From Rotaria socialis (lineage: Eukaryota): 64,000 nt of DNA. The stretch is taken from NCBI GenBank assembly GCA_905331295.1, contig CAJNYD010000303.1, positions 62,001 through 126,000 on the forward strand. The letters are read 5' to 3'. Within the stretch, counting starts at the first letter, position 1. Every line of letters begins with the position of its first letter. Positions 13,970-27,515 of this stretch are shown here, piece by piece. Below the pieces are notes generated by a model that was given only the letters and a program-made list of their open reading frames with translations, was not told the DNA's origin and did not search any database. A program made the translations under genes and the position numbers.

Positions 13970-15896
13970 ATGCAACATATATATGCAAATGACAATGCAT
14001 TACCTCAACATGATACAGGTAGATTTTGTTTTGTTCGATTAAAATCATATTAGAGACTGAACGATGAAAAGACTAGCTGGTAGTTTTCATAATAGTTCAG
14101 TTTTAACTATAGTATAATGTGAGATCAATTATCGACCCATATTTGTCATCTTTCTCGTGAGCACAGTCATCGATGATTATCATTGAATCGCGAATTTTTC
14201 TCTTCTTACTATAAATCTTACACTTTATAATCTAATACAATCTGTTTTTTTTTCTCCGCTCATATTTAGAGTTGTATGGGCAATCGACTCATCTTCATCA
14301 ACATCCAATGCATCACCATTTACAATATCAACAGGAGAATCCTTCTCTTTCGCCTCAACAATCGTCAACAAGTGATGCAGACGAAACATCAACACCACCG
14401 CCATCTCTCAACAGAGGAGTAGTAAGTCTCAGTTCAGCGATAAGTTTTATTCAGTTAATTACGTCATGAATTTTTATTTTCTCTAGAATGTAACTGTAGC
14501 TGCTAAAATCGTTAAGAAAAAAAAGCAACCGAAAAAGAAACGTAAAGATCCTAATGAACCTCAAAAGTAAATAAACAAAAAGAAAAACTGTTTCATACAT
14601 GATTTTACAATCATTATTTTATTAGGCCGGTTTCTCCTTATGCACTTTTCTTTCGTGATACACAGAATGATATCAAAAAGAAATTAGCAAATCCATCATT
14701 TGGGTGAGATCAATAATTTGAATATTTTTGAAACTTAATTATTAGAAACAAAAAATTTTCTTTTTTTTTTAGAGAAATCTCAAAAGTTGTTGCTCACATG
14801 TGGGAAAATATCGAACCAGAAGTAAAAGAAGTAAGTTATCATATAAAATTATCTGATTGATTGATTATTATTATTATTATTATTTTCTTGTAGCAATATA
14901 AGCGTAAAGCAGCTGCAGCTAAAAAAGAATATCTTAAACAGTTAGCAGCCTATCGAGCTGTTCAAGTTTCACATCAAGTAAATTTCCTGCAATCTTTGAA
15001 TTAACCTAATCTATAAGAAAAAATCATCATTCTAGACTCCTAATATGCATCATATTCTTGGACAAAATACATTATCATTCGATCCAAATTCAATGCAAAT
15101 CTCATCATCAATTCAACATCAACAAAAACAATACAATAATCCAGGCATTGGCGGACCTATGATGAGTGACAATAATAATTTCTTACCACCATCACATCAT
15201 CATCATCATCATCATGTTCCACCTTACAATCATCACCATCACCATCATCATCATCCACTTCAACAACAATATTGCACCCCTCCTCAACCTCAACCACCGC
15301 CACCACCGCCCCCTCAACAATTCAATAATTATCATTATATTAATAACTATTCCCAAGATACATCTCATGTTTATAATCCTGATTCACAAATTCATTTTTC
15401 CAATCATCAACAACATCATTTCGACAATCAACAAACATATAATACATATGATTCAAACAATAATTTTGGAGATCAACAACAATATGGTCTGCTTCGGCCA
15501 GCCATTGAATCTGAACTCTATTCATCATATTATACACAATCATCAAATGATGTTGAACATTCAAATATTGATCAATCATCCATGTCATCAATAGCCAATG
15601 AAAATTTATTACACAATTTAAATACTAATAATACTAATAATCCAATAATAACAACAAATAATAGTAGTAATAATACACCTCATTATACTGATTTAACAGC
15701 TATGCCAATATCAGTAACAAATGGAATCATTGAAAAACATTATGATTTTGTTAGTAGTATGCAACATGGTACAACAACATTGAATGATATTGATCATCAT
15801 CACAATAATAAAGAAGATGACCAATCAACATTACCAATCAGCAATGAAAATAATTTTCATTGGAATCAAGCAACATGTCTAGCCACGCAGTGGTGA
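13970..15896 (+). CDS. TOX: TOX-family HMG-box transcription factor
   Basis: Spliced HMG box [78 protein letters not shown]; His/Pro/Gln-rich last exon. Start ATG at 13970 is inferred from splice phase. Confidence 0.88.
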
Positions 15897-16073
15897 TTCA
15901 AATACTTTTTTCTTTTCTTTTTTTTTTCTTTCTCTTTTTTTTTGTTGGTTCAAAAAGAAAACTTTAATAAATTAAGCACTTTAGATATCACAAGAAATTT
16001 TATGAATTACTAATGTATTGTATACGCTATTGTAGCTTCTTAAACCGTGGTGTGCACTTAGCGAGAAAATAAA

Positions 16074-18672
16074 TTATGAATCAAAGTCAACCACAAGTGT
16101 TGCTTGTGCATATCTGTCACGGCTATTGCCAATCCAAAAATTAATAATTCCTGGTATTTGTTGTCGATTTGAATTTGGAATAGTTCTAACGCGAAATGTA
16201 AATGAACTAGTTGTTTGCTCATTGTTTTCCAATGTTATTTTAGTAAACTGTAATAATTCACGTATCGGTAATTCGATTACTGTTGAATTTGGAAATTCAT
16301 AATATAATTGTACAACGAATTGTGCACGAAATGGGCCCTCATTGATGATACTGATATTTGCTGTAATATCAATATCGAGATTATTTATTTTATTAGGAAA
16401 AATTATCAATTTTGAATTAAATGCAAATTTTGAATACGATAAACCGAAGCCAAATGGAAATAACGGTGGTGCTTTATTATAGTCTAAATACCGGTATGTT
16501 CTGCCCGGCGATTTATTCATTGAATAATCATCGATTGGTAACATTTGACTTGTATCTATTGGTATTGTAAATGGTAAACAACCACTTGGAACCGTCAAGC
16601 CAAATAACATTTCAGCAATAGCATCACCGCTTTGTCCAAAATAGGATATCCACAATAGAGCGGCTTGATTTTCACTAACAATAAATGGTTCCGATATAGG
16701 CGAACCAGATATAATTAATATAGCAAATGGTTTATTTAATTTCATTATTAATCTGATTAATTCGAATTGTCCGCCAGGTAATTCTAATGTATTTCGATCA
16801 GTATCTTCTTCTTCGAAACTTTCATCTAAACCACCAACAAATAAAATGATATCGCTTTCATCGGATAATGCTAGAGCATGTGCAAAATCTTCGTCGCTAG
16901 TATTTCTTCTTGATGCGCCCCATGTATGAACAACACTGACATTATATTTTAATGCCATTGATTGTATACCATCTAATGTTGTTATCCATTTACTTGGCGT
17001 ACCATGATATGTATGTGCTTGAACACTTATGTCATCGGACGATGGACCAATAACTGCAATTTGTTTTATTTTTGTTATATCGAATGGTAATATTTCTTTT
17101 GGATTTTGTAATAAAACAATGGATTCGCTAACGACTTGTTTTGTTAATAATTTATGTTCTAAACTATCAACAACTGAATAGGGTATGGAAGAATAGGGAT
17201 CCGTGCCAATCGGATCAAAATTACCACTGACAAATCTTGAACGTAAACCTCGACTTATAGCAGAATTAATTATATCCAAATTCACAAAACCATGTGCAAT
17301 TGCTTCATGTAATAATTTAAATTCAGGACCACAATTAATATCATTACCAGATGCTACAGATATGGCAACAGCTTGTTCAAGTGTTGCTGTATAATGAAAT
17401 GATCTCTGTATATCACCTACGGGATCACAATCACCTGATGAATAAAAAACAGTGAAAATCATTCAAACAGAAAAATAAACTTTACTAATCACATAGCCAG
17501 TAAAATCCCATTCATTACGTAGTACATCATTTAATAAGTACTTATTGGCCGCTGATGGTATACCATTGACTGCACTTATTCCACTCATGATTCCAACAAT
17601 TGCTTTTTCGTCAATAAGTTTTTTCCATACAGGTAAATATGTTGTTCTAAAACAAAAGATAAGAACCGAAATTAGACAATGGCACAAATGAATTATTTAC
17701 CTTATATCAGCATCGGAAATAATTGCATTAAAACTAAATCTACCATTATCGGGACCGTCATAATCAATAAAATGTCTTCAAAATAAACTAATGGTTGAAA
17801 AAAATATTTTTTTATATTCCCAAAACTGTACCTCATAATAGGTGAAACTTTATAAATTCCATATTCTAATTGTGTATCTTCTAGTTGTGCATAACCCATA
17901 ATACCTTTATTGAAAGCTACTGCTATTTCACCAGTTAATATTGGACACTCGCCTTATCGTAGAAGAAAATAGTAAATTTCAATAGTAAAAAATTATTATT
18001 TACCATAAGTTTCTGGCACTCTTCCCCATCGTGGATCTCGCGCAATATTAATAACACTTGATGCACCAGTTTTGTAATCAACACTTCTATTTTTATAATT
18101 ATAATGTATTGCCATCGATTCATCGCTCACCATAATACCCGATTGAAAAATTAAATTTTTATTCCATGTGGAAGCAATACCTGTACCCTGTGGTAATACA
18201 GAAACATTTCCATCAATGACATGACTATAACAATTAATATTGCAACCATTTGATGCTGATCGATAAACATATCCTTGTCCCATCCAAGAATATCCACGAA
18301 TATTTAAACGTGGAACAGCTAAATTAGGTGACTCTCCATCTAGAAAAGATAAGCGGAAATATTTTCATTATTTTTACATTTAATAATCGAGATCTAAAGA
18401 ATCATACCTGGTGTTGCTTCATCCATCCATAACATATTGATCTGCAAAAGTAAATAAAAATAAATAGTAATAATAAATTTAATTGTTATTACCTTTTCTT
18501 CTGGAGTTAACAGTGACATCAGATTGTCTAATCTGATATCAGTAGGTAATGTTGGATCTTGAAACGGGTAATCATAATTCGATTTACATAAATATTTATG
18601 ATATTCGTACATATAAAATGTTATGTATATGATTGGAAGAATAAAAAATAAAGTTGCAATAATCCATTTCAT
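16074..18672 (-). CDS. Glycoside hydrolase family 3 (beta-xylosidase/beta-glucosidase-like) with N-terminal signal anchor, about 7 exons
   Basis: INIARDPRWGRVPETYGE, RHF, nucleophile VISDCD (spliced), ESIVLLQN, EEEDTDR, GRTYRY, LFPFGFGLSYS and an FnIII-like C-terminal region; introns restore frame. Confidence 0.92.
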
Positions 18673-21600
18673 TTTTATCTAAAAAAATAACAAGTATAGT
18701 AAAAGTGTCATAATTTATATTTTACCTTGAACAATCATGTGGTATAAAGTTGTGGTTCATGCTAGAAGCAAACATGCGCACGGAAAGAGAAGAAAGAAAA
18801 AGAAAAAAAAACGTGCTTTGGTAGTCAACATATATATATGGCCATACTAAAGGTGACAACTACATGTTTTGCATCGTTCTTCGAGTTTTTTTTAAACTCC
18901 ATTTTTCTTTATTGTTATATCGTAGTCTTCTGCTTTTCATGCTTTTTGTGTTGGTTTCCTAATTTATTAGTTTTACATTTTTTGTCATATATATCATCAA
19001 TCTGTTAATCTCAGTTCTTAATTTTCAGCAGTATACAGATAATTGTGCTTGGTAGATGAATGAGACATAAATGCTTTTCGTAACACTGATAAGGGCGTTG
19101 CATTTACAATATAATCAACGATAAGAATTACAACAGATGGAAGTTAAATCATTGATTGTTGCAAATGACTGCTGAAGATATACTCAGAAAAATGAAATCA
19201 AACTTCTGTCTCACAGCTCGTAACAGGCTTTTTTATTGGATCATGCCAAAAATTGTAATTAATAAAATTCTTGGGAATGATCGTTATTAGGCAAACATAT
19301 TACGATCGCTACATCCTAACGCTATACTAATGGGCTAATGCTTGTACTCATCGCGATCTATACAATACATCGAAGTCAATTTCATTGAAGATAATCGTCT
19401 GTCACGTTAATGACTAACTTTTTGAGTCTTTTACCAACAATAGAGAGTTTCAATATATAGAAAAGTAATTCGATACGATTTGCAATTCGTCTTGATTTCT
19501 TAGATTTAATTTAGAATTAAGAGACGGGTGTGGGTGTATGAATGAATGCTGTCAGAGAAGATTGACACTCATACCATCAAGCCGATCGTTGAAAAACAAG
19601 AGTTGAGACTAGCAGATTGAATCTGCAATTTCGTTAACAGATGATAGGTTGATTTATTTTTGAATTGATTTAAGAAAACGAACACCCTTAAAAGGTTCTT
19701 CCTGTGTGCTCACGGAAAGAACCTTTTTTTCTACAGTGTGTGTACCCTAGTGAAACTACTCGTCAAGCGAGTACGACCTGCCAGCATGAGTACACAAAAA
19801 ACTTGTTGGAGTACTCGCATAAGTTAACTTTCTGAAATTCACTCGTATACGATAGTCTGAGTACTCAAAGTAGTACTCGCTTCTGTGTTTCGTCAAAACA
19901 CCATTGCACTAACATGTAAAAAGTTAAATTNCCCCCCCCCCCCCCCCCCCCCCCCCCCCGCATAAGAAGCCAAATCGGCCCATTTTATTTTCGCCTTTGA
20001 ACATATTGAAAAAATGCGCTGATTATTTCTACTTAGAAAATAAAGGGTTCTATAAACATTTCATACATCAAATATACAGCATGACTTAATAGGTCACTTA
20101 TATAGATATCTAAAAATGACATCGCCTACTATCGCTAAGAAAAAAATCTTCCAAAAGCTTGAAAAACTATCTCAATTCATAGAGCTTGAAAAGTTCTACA
20201 AAATGGTACTATTTCCAAGTCGAAAAAACGATGGCCACTGGACGACTGTAGGGAGAATATTATGGAAGGACAGCCTATGAAATGTTGCATATTTTTCAAA
20301 GATATTCATCGGTAAGCTGTTTATCGATAGTGGAAATTCCATATGTTATGCCATTCCTATCATTAACTCTAAAGCACCAAAGTTACCTAAAGTGTGATTA
20401 TTATTCTGATATCGAATGAACCATAAAAATTAGTGATACAATATTTTGAGCCGAAAATTTCATATTACTTATATGCCATGAAAACCTATGTCCTTGCAAA
20501 ATTTCAGCTCAATCGATAATGTCATTCTTGAGATATGGCGTTGTCAAGACCCTCTTAATCCAGATGATTTTTGTGAAACAGCGATAAAAATTCAACAGTT
20601 TAATGCTGTTCAAAACGGTGTGTACCAAGGTGCATAAAATTCTTCACTCGACAAGAAGATTCTAAATTGAACAAAATCTGACGACACTCGTTCGAGCCCG
20701 TTCCGATGGTGACTTACGTGAAATGGCTTCTAAATACATATATATATATTTATTTATTTATTGAACAATAGCAGAGTTCCAGAAATAATCTATAATCAGC
20801 AACGGATGTAATAAATTCAGCGTATTCAGAAAAAAACTTCAAGAAAATTCCTTTTTTTTCGATAATGATTCATTTGAGAGAAAACGTTTTCCTCTGAAAG
20901 AAAAAATTAAAATTAATATTAATTATTTGATTTGTTTTTCATACTCGAATAATGTAATACTATTCAAAGTTTTTCTATCGATATGAGTAAAGACAATCTC
21001 TAAAAACTGTCTAATTAAGACTATATTTTAATAAAATAAGAATATTTTCAAACTATCGAGTTGCATGTTTCAGTTTAATCTGTTAATTTTGAGCAGTAAG
21101 ACTAGAATAAATTAATCTGAGATAATATTTGAAAAACTCTCGAATAAAAGTCTATGTCGAAAGTTAATAATATCGATAAAATTGTTCAAAATGAATTTTC
21201 TTTGAACTGTTGGCTATATTCGAATTTGAAATAAAATTGGTGATATTTTAATTCACTCGATGAATTATTTTCAGTAAATGATATAATATACGGCAGCACA
21301 TACGAATGCAATATCGATATCTTATTAGAAGTGATAAAAGTTATCATAAAACTTCATAAATTATCGAAATCACATGAATTATTGAATTAATTGATTATCT
21401 GCAAAGTAGATAAGCGACAAACCCACAGCTTTAGTGTTTGTTGTATTAGACTTAGATTGAAATTGAATTTTTTTTCTTTTAAATCCTATTTTTTGACATC
21501 TGAAAAAAATAAAATTGAATTATATTAAAAATTCAATGAAATTTTTTTCAATAATTGAATTCGCGAAATATACAGTTTTTATCTGAGTATCATTTTCTTT

Positions 21601-21899
21601 TAATTTCTCTGTAAATTGGAATTTCGAACATCATAAAAATAAAAAATAAAAATCTTACTCAATTGTTACGAAAGATGAATGAAGTATAATATAGAAGATG
21701 AATGGACAAAATGTAAATGAAATATTATCTATTGAATTAATCGATGGAGTTAAGGAATATTGGATTCAAATAATTCTTCTTGACTATAACAATGCATATT
21801 TTCTTTCCTATCGATTTAGATTTTTAAAAGTATTATTCTTCTTCATTTCATAATGATTTCGTTTTGAACACATTTTATTTAAATAATATTTGATAAAAA

Positions 21900-22830
21900 T
21901 TAACAAATGGATATTTCTGTATGAGGAAAATATTCTTGTACATATTTAGGAATTCGATGTTGACCAACAATATCTAAACAACTCAATTTCGAACAATTGA
22001 TTCGTGTAGCATTACTTTTAAGTTTTGTGTTACTTTTCTTAGTGCTTGATAAACGACAGAAAGGTGAACATTACTTGGCAAAGTCGTTTTTGTATCAAGT
22101 AGAAATTGCTCGATATAATCTAAATGAGATTTAGTAAGATCAAGCGTGGTAAGATGAGCATATTCAATGATTGGTAAGTTTTGATTGTCATCAGTTTGTT
22201 TACCATTTTGAGGTTTCATATTAACTAAAGTTAAAGCTTTTACTAATGGAAATGATTGAGCAATTCGAAGGAAAAATTCATGTTCAAAAATATGAATAAA
22301 TATGAGATTGATATTGTCGAGTCTCTGAAAAAATAATCAACACAAAAAAAGAATATGATTATGAAGAAAATCTTTGAATGTAACTATACTGAATATCTTC
22401 ATTTGACTGTAAATTAATTTGATTATAAAGAGCAATAGTTGAACGAATGTTAAAGTGAAATTTATTTAATAGTGACATTTTGTTGATAATATTTTTTTTC
22501 AAATCATTACCATCAACAAATATGTTCTTGATACTAACTATAAGTTATAAACCAAGTTATTCTAAATTCATAATTCGATTTAGAAGTATAACAATTAATT
22601 CATCATAATCATATATCATGTTTTCGAAATATAGTGAAAAGCATTTTAAATTAGGTAGATTTTCCTAGAAAAGAGAACAAATCTCATTTTATCATTTGGA
22701 TAAATTAGATAAAAATCAAAATTAGTCTACCTTATTATTGGTTCAGAAGGGTAACTTGTAAATCGAAGAAATATTAACATAAAATGTACGAAGTTGAATG
22801 AAACGTCCATCAAGTAAATAAAGACAATTG
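21900..22830 (-). pseudogene. Decayed 3' part of an F-box/LRR-type gene
   Basis: Broken fragments CLYLLDGRFIQLRTFYVNI and LPIIEYAHLTTLDLTKSHLDYIEQFLLDTKTTLP with LRR-like spacing; no continuous frame. Confidence 0.55.
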
Positions 22831-23827
22831 TTGAAATCTCTCACACGGATGAGGATGTGGGTGTGGGCATTACTCTTAAATACAGTCACACACCCACATT
22901 CACACCCAACTTGGGTATGAGTGTATTTTCCCTTCAATAACACTCACATCCCATCTCCGACTGTTTTTTTTAGATTCAAATGTAAATGTTGTGCGTTATA
23001 TTTTGTACTGCTGTTAATACAAATTAAAAAAGCATTTTATTTCTACAAGTTCAAATTCTGACATCATGTTTAGGAGTAAAAAAATAAGAAAACAGTAATC
23101 CGAAAAAAACGAGAATATTCATCAAGTCATTTTCGATTAACAATTAATACAACGATGCCCAGGAGAATCATCCCGGCCGTCTTAAAGACCATCGGAAACG
23201 TCCTGAAATGGCTATAAAATGGCCATCGTTTTAAACACTATTCTCTTCGTTTTCCAAGCTGACGGAAAACGGTGCTGTTTTTTAACGTTTTACAATAGTT
23301 TTTATGCCGTTTTCCTCCACCTGGGTGGAAGTGATAAGCACTAATATGCTAAATTTGAAAATGTTGTCGAATAGATGATTGCTTCCATTGAAAGATGATG
23401 CCGATTCGTCTTCGTGGGTAGATTTTCCTTCTGTAACATTTATTTTTAGATCTGTACGTAATGCATTCAATTTTCCATCTTGCTCGTCGAATCTTTTTTC
23501 TAAAACGTTCAATCGCTTTTCAACCAATTCGAATTTTTTTCCCGAAGCCTTTGCTTGTTGTAAAAGTAATACTACCACTTTTTGAAAACTTCATTCGTTT
23601 TTCCTTTTCGCTCGTCGTTATATCAAATACTTTTTGAGCTACCCAGGTCGACTAATCCGACGACGGATCCTATCGGATCCTACTAACCAAAGAAATCCAG
23701 TTGGACTCTGGGTTTCGGAACTATTGACGGGTCCGACGGAAGAACTGTAAAAAATATGAAAATTGTATTTAGTGTTAAAAAGCTTTTTAGATTATAAGTA
23801 TTTGAACGACTTTGATAAATTTCTAAA

Positions 23828-24158
23828 TCATTTGTTTTTAACAGCAGCGAAAATAACTACACAACGAATATAAAGAGAGACTACCATTTTGATGAAATTT
23901 ACTTTTGCAGAAAAAACTGCAAAAGTAAATTCCGTATAGTCTAACCTTATTTTGAATTATAATGTCATTGTGTAATTACATTATAGCACTATTACATAGT
24001 GACGATATACATAACCACCGAATGTAGAATCACGACACCGTATANACTATACGGAATTTACTTTTACAGCTTTTTCTGCAAAAGTAAATTTCGTCAAAAT
24101 GGTAGTCTCTCTTTATATTCATTGTGTAGTTATTTTCGCTGCTGTTAAAAATAAATGA
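23828..24158. mobile_element. Palindromic MITE/foldback, arms about 113 bp
   Basis: 23828-23940 is a near reverse complement of 24046-24158; each arm contains an internal TTTTGCAG...CTGCAAAA-type hairpin. A single N lies at 24045. Confidence 0.75.
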
Positions 24159-24181
24159 GTTAGCTTTTTAGAGATTGACTA

Positions 24182-26512
24182 CACTGTAAAAAAAAATCGT
24201 AGAATAATAAACGAAAAAAGGGTTTATGAAAGTGCAACGTGTAGCAAACTCTTTTCAAGCGTTTATCAAGAATGACTATCATTTGCCCCAAATTGAAATC
24301 CCCAAATCGATCCCCAAAAAAAAAATCCCCATTTGGGGATGATAAAACAATTCTGGTAACCAAATGGGGATTTTAATTTGGGGATTTTTTCTTTTGGGGA
24401 CTTCTTTATCATAAGATACACTGTGTATGCTGTAATTCAATCGCATCTTGCTTCTCGTACTACACAGAATCAACTCTAGAATAAAAGTTTCTAGCATGAT
24501 CATTGTGTTCAATTTGTGTTCTGGTGATCAGAAAGTGATTTTTCACTCAATGTTGCATTATGTAACAAATATGACAACTACTTTTGAATGCTTATCATTT
24601 ACCCCAAAACTGGTTAGCACAAATCAATCCCCAAATAAAATCCCCATTTGGGGTAATCAAACGAATAAAGTGAGAATATTGATTTGGGGATTTTTTTTTA
24701 ATTGGCTAAACATAAGAAAAACATCTCTACAATGAATCTGGTGACCAGATTATATCTTGGGTTACTATAAAGTGTAGTTTTTGGCGATCCACAATATATT
24801 CTGGCCACCAGATTCATCGTAAAGCTGTTTTTCTGATATTTAGCCAATTAAATAATCCCGCAAATCAATATCCTCACTTTATTCATTTGATAACCCCAAA
24901 TGGGGATTTTATCTGGGGATTGATTGGTGCTAACCAGTTTTGGCGTAAATGATAACCTACCATTACTTTTACTAACTGTGCAGTTGTTATGATATTGATA
25001 AGAGTGAGTAGCAATGCACATATAACAAAAATTGAGTTGTACATATACTGTACGATCAAATTTCGAGGCTTACTGACACACTCGATGAGGTAAATGCGAG
25101 AGAATTACTGGAGAAAGATACAATTAGTATTTAAAAATTCCACTTATCAATCATATGTTAAAATTTGTAACTGGTAGTCTGATGACCAGAACCACAGAAA
25201 ACAAAACAAAAAAAGCGATTCATAGGTTTCACTGATTATCAATAAGAATTACCATAAAAAGTATGGCGAATGTGAACTAACAGCCTCGCTTTTCTCAAAG
25301 AGATAATTGAACTATTCTATTTCATGGCCATTTATAATCAGTAGCATGCACCACTCCTATTCTTCTTATTCAAGATACAACCAATACTGATTCTATGAAA
25401 AAAATTGATGTGGTAACCAAGGTTGGTTATCATTTCCCACAAATTGAAATACCCAGATACATCTCTACATCATATCCACACTTGTGGAGAATAAAACAAA
25501 TATGACCCATTCTGGTGACCAAATAGGGATTTTGATTTTGGGATTTTTCAGTTTAAGGATTTTTTAAAATACTATATGCTGTTCAAGTCATAACTGAACA
25601 GGGTCCCAGATAGGGGTTCATCAGTACACTGTAAGTTTTTTTAAATTCTACTTTGAAGAAAACCAATGTAGAGTAAGCTAATGGATTTTATAACTTTTAT
25701 GATTTATTAATCGAATTTCAATTATTTTGAAAATAGTAGATTTTCTAAACCTTAGAATATCAGATTTACTGCCTGTGCTAAGTCGCAGTTAGGATATCGT
25801 TAGTTTATTTTCAAAAAGATAGAAACTCATCGTTGAATTCATATAGGCATTCTAGAATACTATTCACTAAACTCTATAAATTATTTTTTAGTTTACAGTA
25901 TACCAGTGTGCTAGGTACTGGTAACACTGGTGACCAGTATTATTGGTCACCAGAATCAACTCTCCGAGTTTCTGATAAACAGAATTACTATTCGAAATGA
26001 TTCTAGTGAATATCGAATATGTACGATTCTGGTAACCGGAACGTACTTATCTGTACTATGGTTAGCACCAAAGTATTTAGTTTCAGTGGTAAAAGATTTT
26101 CAGTAGAAGATGATGTTGAATTATGATTTATAAGTCATGTCATATATTGAAAACAACCTTAAATTGAAAAATCCCTAAATCAAAATCCCTATTTGGTCAC
26201 CAGAATGGGTCATATTTGTTTTATTCTCCATAAATGTAATAGAAAGCATATAGAGATGTATCTGGGGATTTCAATTTGGGGGAAATGATAGTCACTCGTA
26301 GTCAGAATGAATTTTTTTATTTGTTGGATAAATATTTTACTAACGACTGTAGACTGTTAAAATATCGTTCTGGTCACCAATATCGTTTTTTTATTTGTTC
26401 ACTATATTTTTCTTTGCTTTTCTCTTCATAAAAGAGAAATATTCAACTGTCAATTAAATGCCAAACTTTTTTAAAACTGGTGATAAAGATAGAATTAAAG
26501 TATTTTAGAGTG
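24182..26512. mobile_element. Composite foldback element, possibly non-autonomous CACTA/EnSpm
   Basis: Begins CACTGTAAAA and ends TTTTAGAGTG. Related arms at ~24270-24400 and ~25428-25558 are inverted against ~26157-26300. The CTGGTNACCAG motif recurs throughout. No convincing TSD. Confidence 0.5.
24592..24955. repeat. Imperfect 364-bp palindrome nested in the foldback region
   Basis: TTATCATTTACCCCAAAACTGGTTAGCAC... versus ...GTGCTAACCAGTTTTGGCGTAAATGATAA, with complementarity running almost to the centre. Confidence 0.9.
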
Positions 26513-26570
26513 TGCTGGAGAAACTGAATGTCTAGACTCTACCACAAATTGGGGTCACTAGATTCATCCC

Positions 26571-27309
26571 NNNNNNNNNNNNNNNNNNNNNNNNNNNNNN
26601 NNNNNNNNNNNNNNNNNNNNNNNNNNNNNNNNNNNNNNNNNNNNNNNNNNNNNNNNNNNNNNNNNNNNNNNNNNNNNNNNNNNNNNNNNNNNNNNNNNNN
26701 NNNNNNNNNNNNNNNNNNNNNNNNNNNNNNNNNNNNNNNNNNNNNNNNNNNNNNNNNNNNNNNNNNNNNNNNNNNNNNNNNNNNNNNNNNNNNNNNNNNN
26801 NNNNNNNNNNNNNNNNNNNNNNNNNNNNNNNNNNNNNNNNNNNNNNNNNNNNNNNNNNNNNNNNNNNNNNNNNNNNNNNNNNNNNNNNNNNNNNNNNNNN
26901 NNNNNNNNNNNNNNNNNNNNNNNNNNNNNNNNNNNNNNNNNNNNNNNNNNNNNNNNNNNNNNNNNNNNNNNNNNNNNNNNNNNNNNNNNNNNNNNNNNNN
27001 NNNNNNNNNNNNNNNNNNNNNNNNNNNNNNNNNNNNNNNNNNNNNNNNNNNNNNNNNNNNNNNNNNNNNNNNNNNNNNNNNNNNNNNNNNNNNNNNNNNN
27101 NNNNNNNNNNNNNNNNNNNNNNNNNNNNNNNNNNNNNNNNNNNNNNNNNNNNNNNNNNNNNNNNNNNNNNNNNNNNNNNNNNNNNNNNNNNNNNNNNNNN
27201 NNNNNNNNNNNNNNNNNNNNNNNNNNNNNNNNNNNNNNNNNNNNNNNNNNNNNNNNNNNNNNNNNNNNNNNNNNNNNNNNNNNNNNNNNNNNNNNNNNNN
27301 NNNNNNNNN
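26571..27309. other. Assembly gap (739 N)
   Basis: Run of N. Confidence 1.
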
Positions 27310-27515
27310 GTCACTTTCATAGTCCGGACGGGCACTATGGACTATACGAGATTTCAGACTAGTCCTGTACTAGGACATTTTGAGAAAAAGACTAGACTGG
27401 ACGGCCGACTTGTCTAGAAAAAAGACTAATCTTTTTACTAGTCTTTTGGTCACCTGGGTTTTGATCAACCTGGGTACTGTTCAAATAATATCCACACAAT
27501 AAACTTTGAGGTCTA

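Noticed and set aside
15166..15594. 142-aa Ile-rich ORF and an antisense ORF over TOX
   Set aside because: Shadow frames of the (CAT)n/(CAA)n-rich TOX exon.
19690..19740. AAAGGTTCTT...AAGAACCTTT hairpin followed by CTACAGTG, like a CACTA right end
   Set aside because: No matching left end found upstream; it faces away from the CACTG at 24182, so the two cannot pair.
19931..19959. Poly-C tract as a G-quadruplex element
   Set aside because: Begins at an N junction; length and reality are unreliable without reads.
23282..23578. 98-aa coiled-coil-like ORF
   Set aside because: Non-ATG start, lies among repeat fragments, no family recognised; probably a remnant.
26528..27335. Two long ORFs in the ORF track
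   Set aside because: Artefacts of translating through the N gap.
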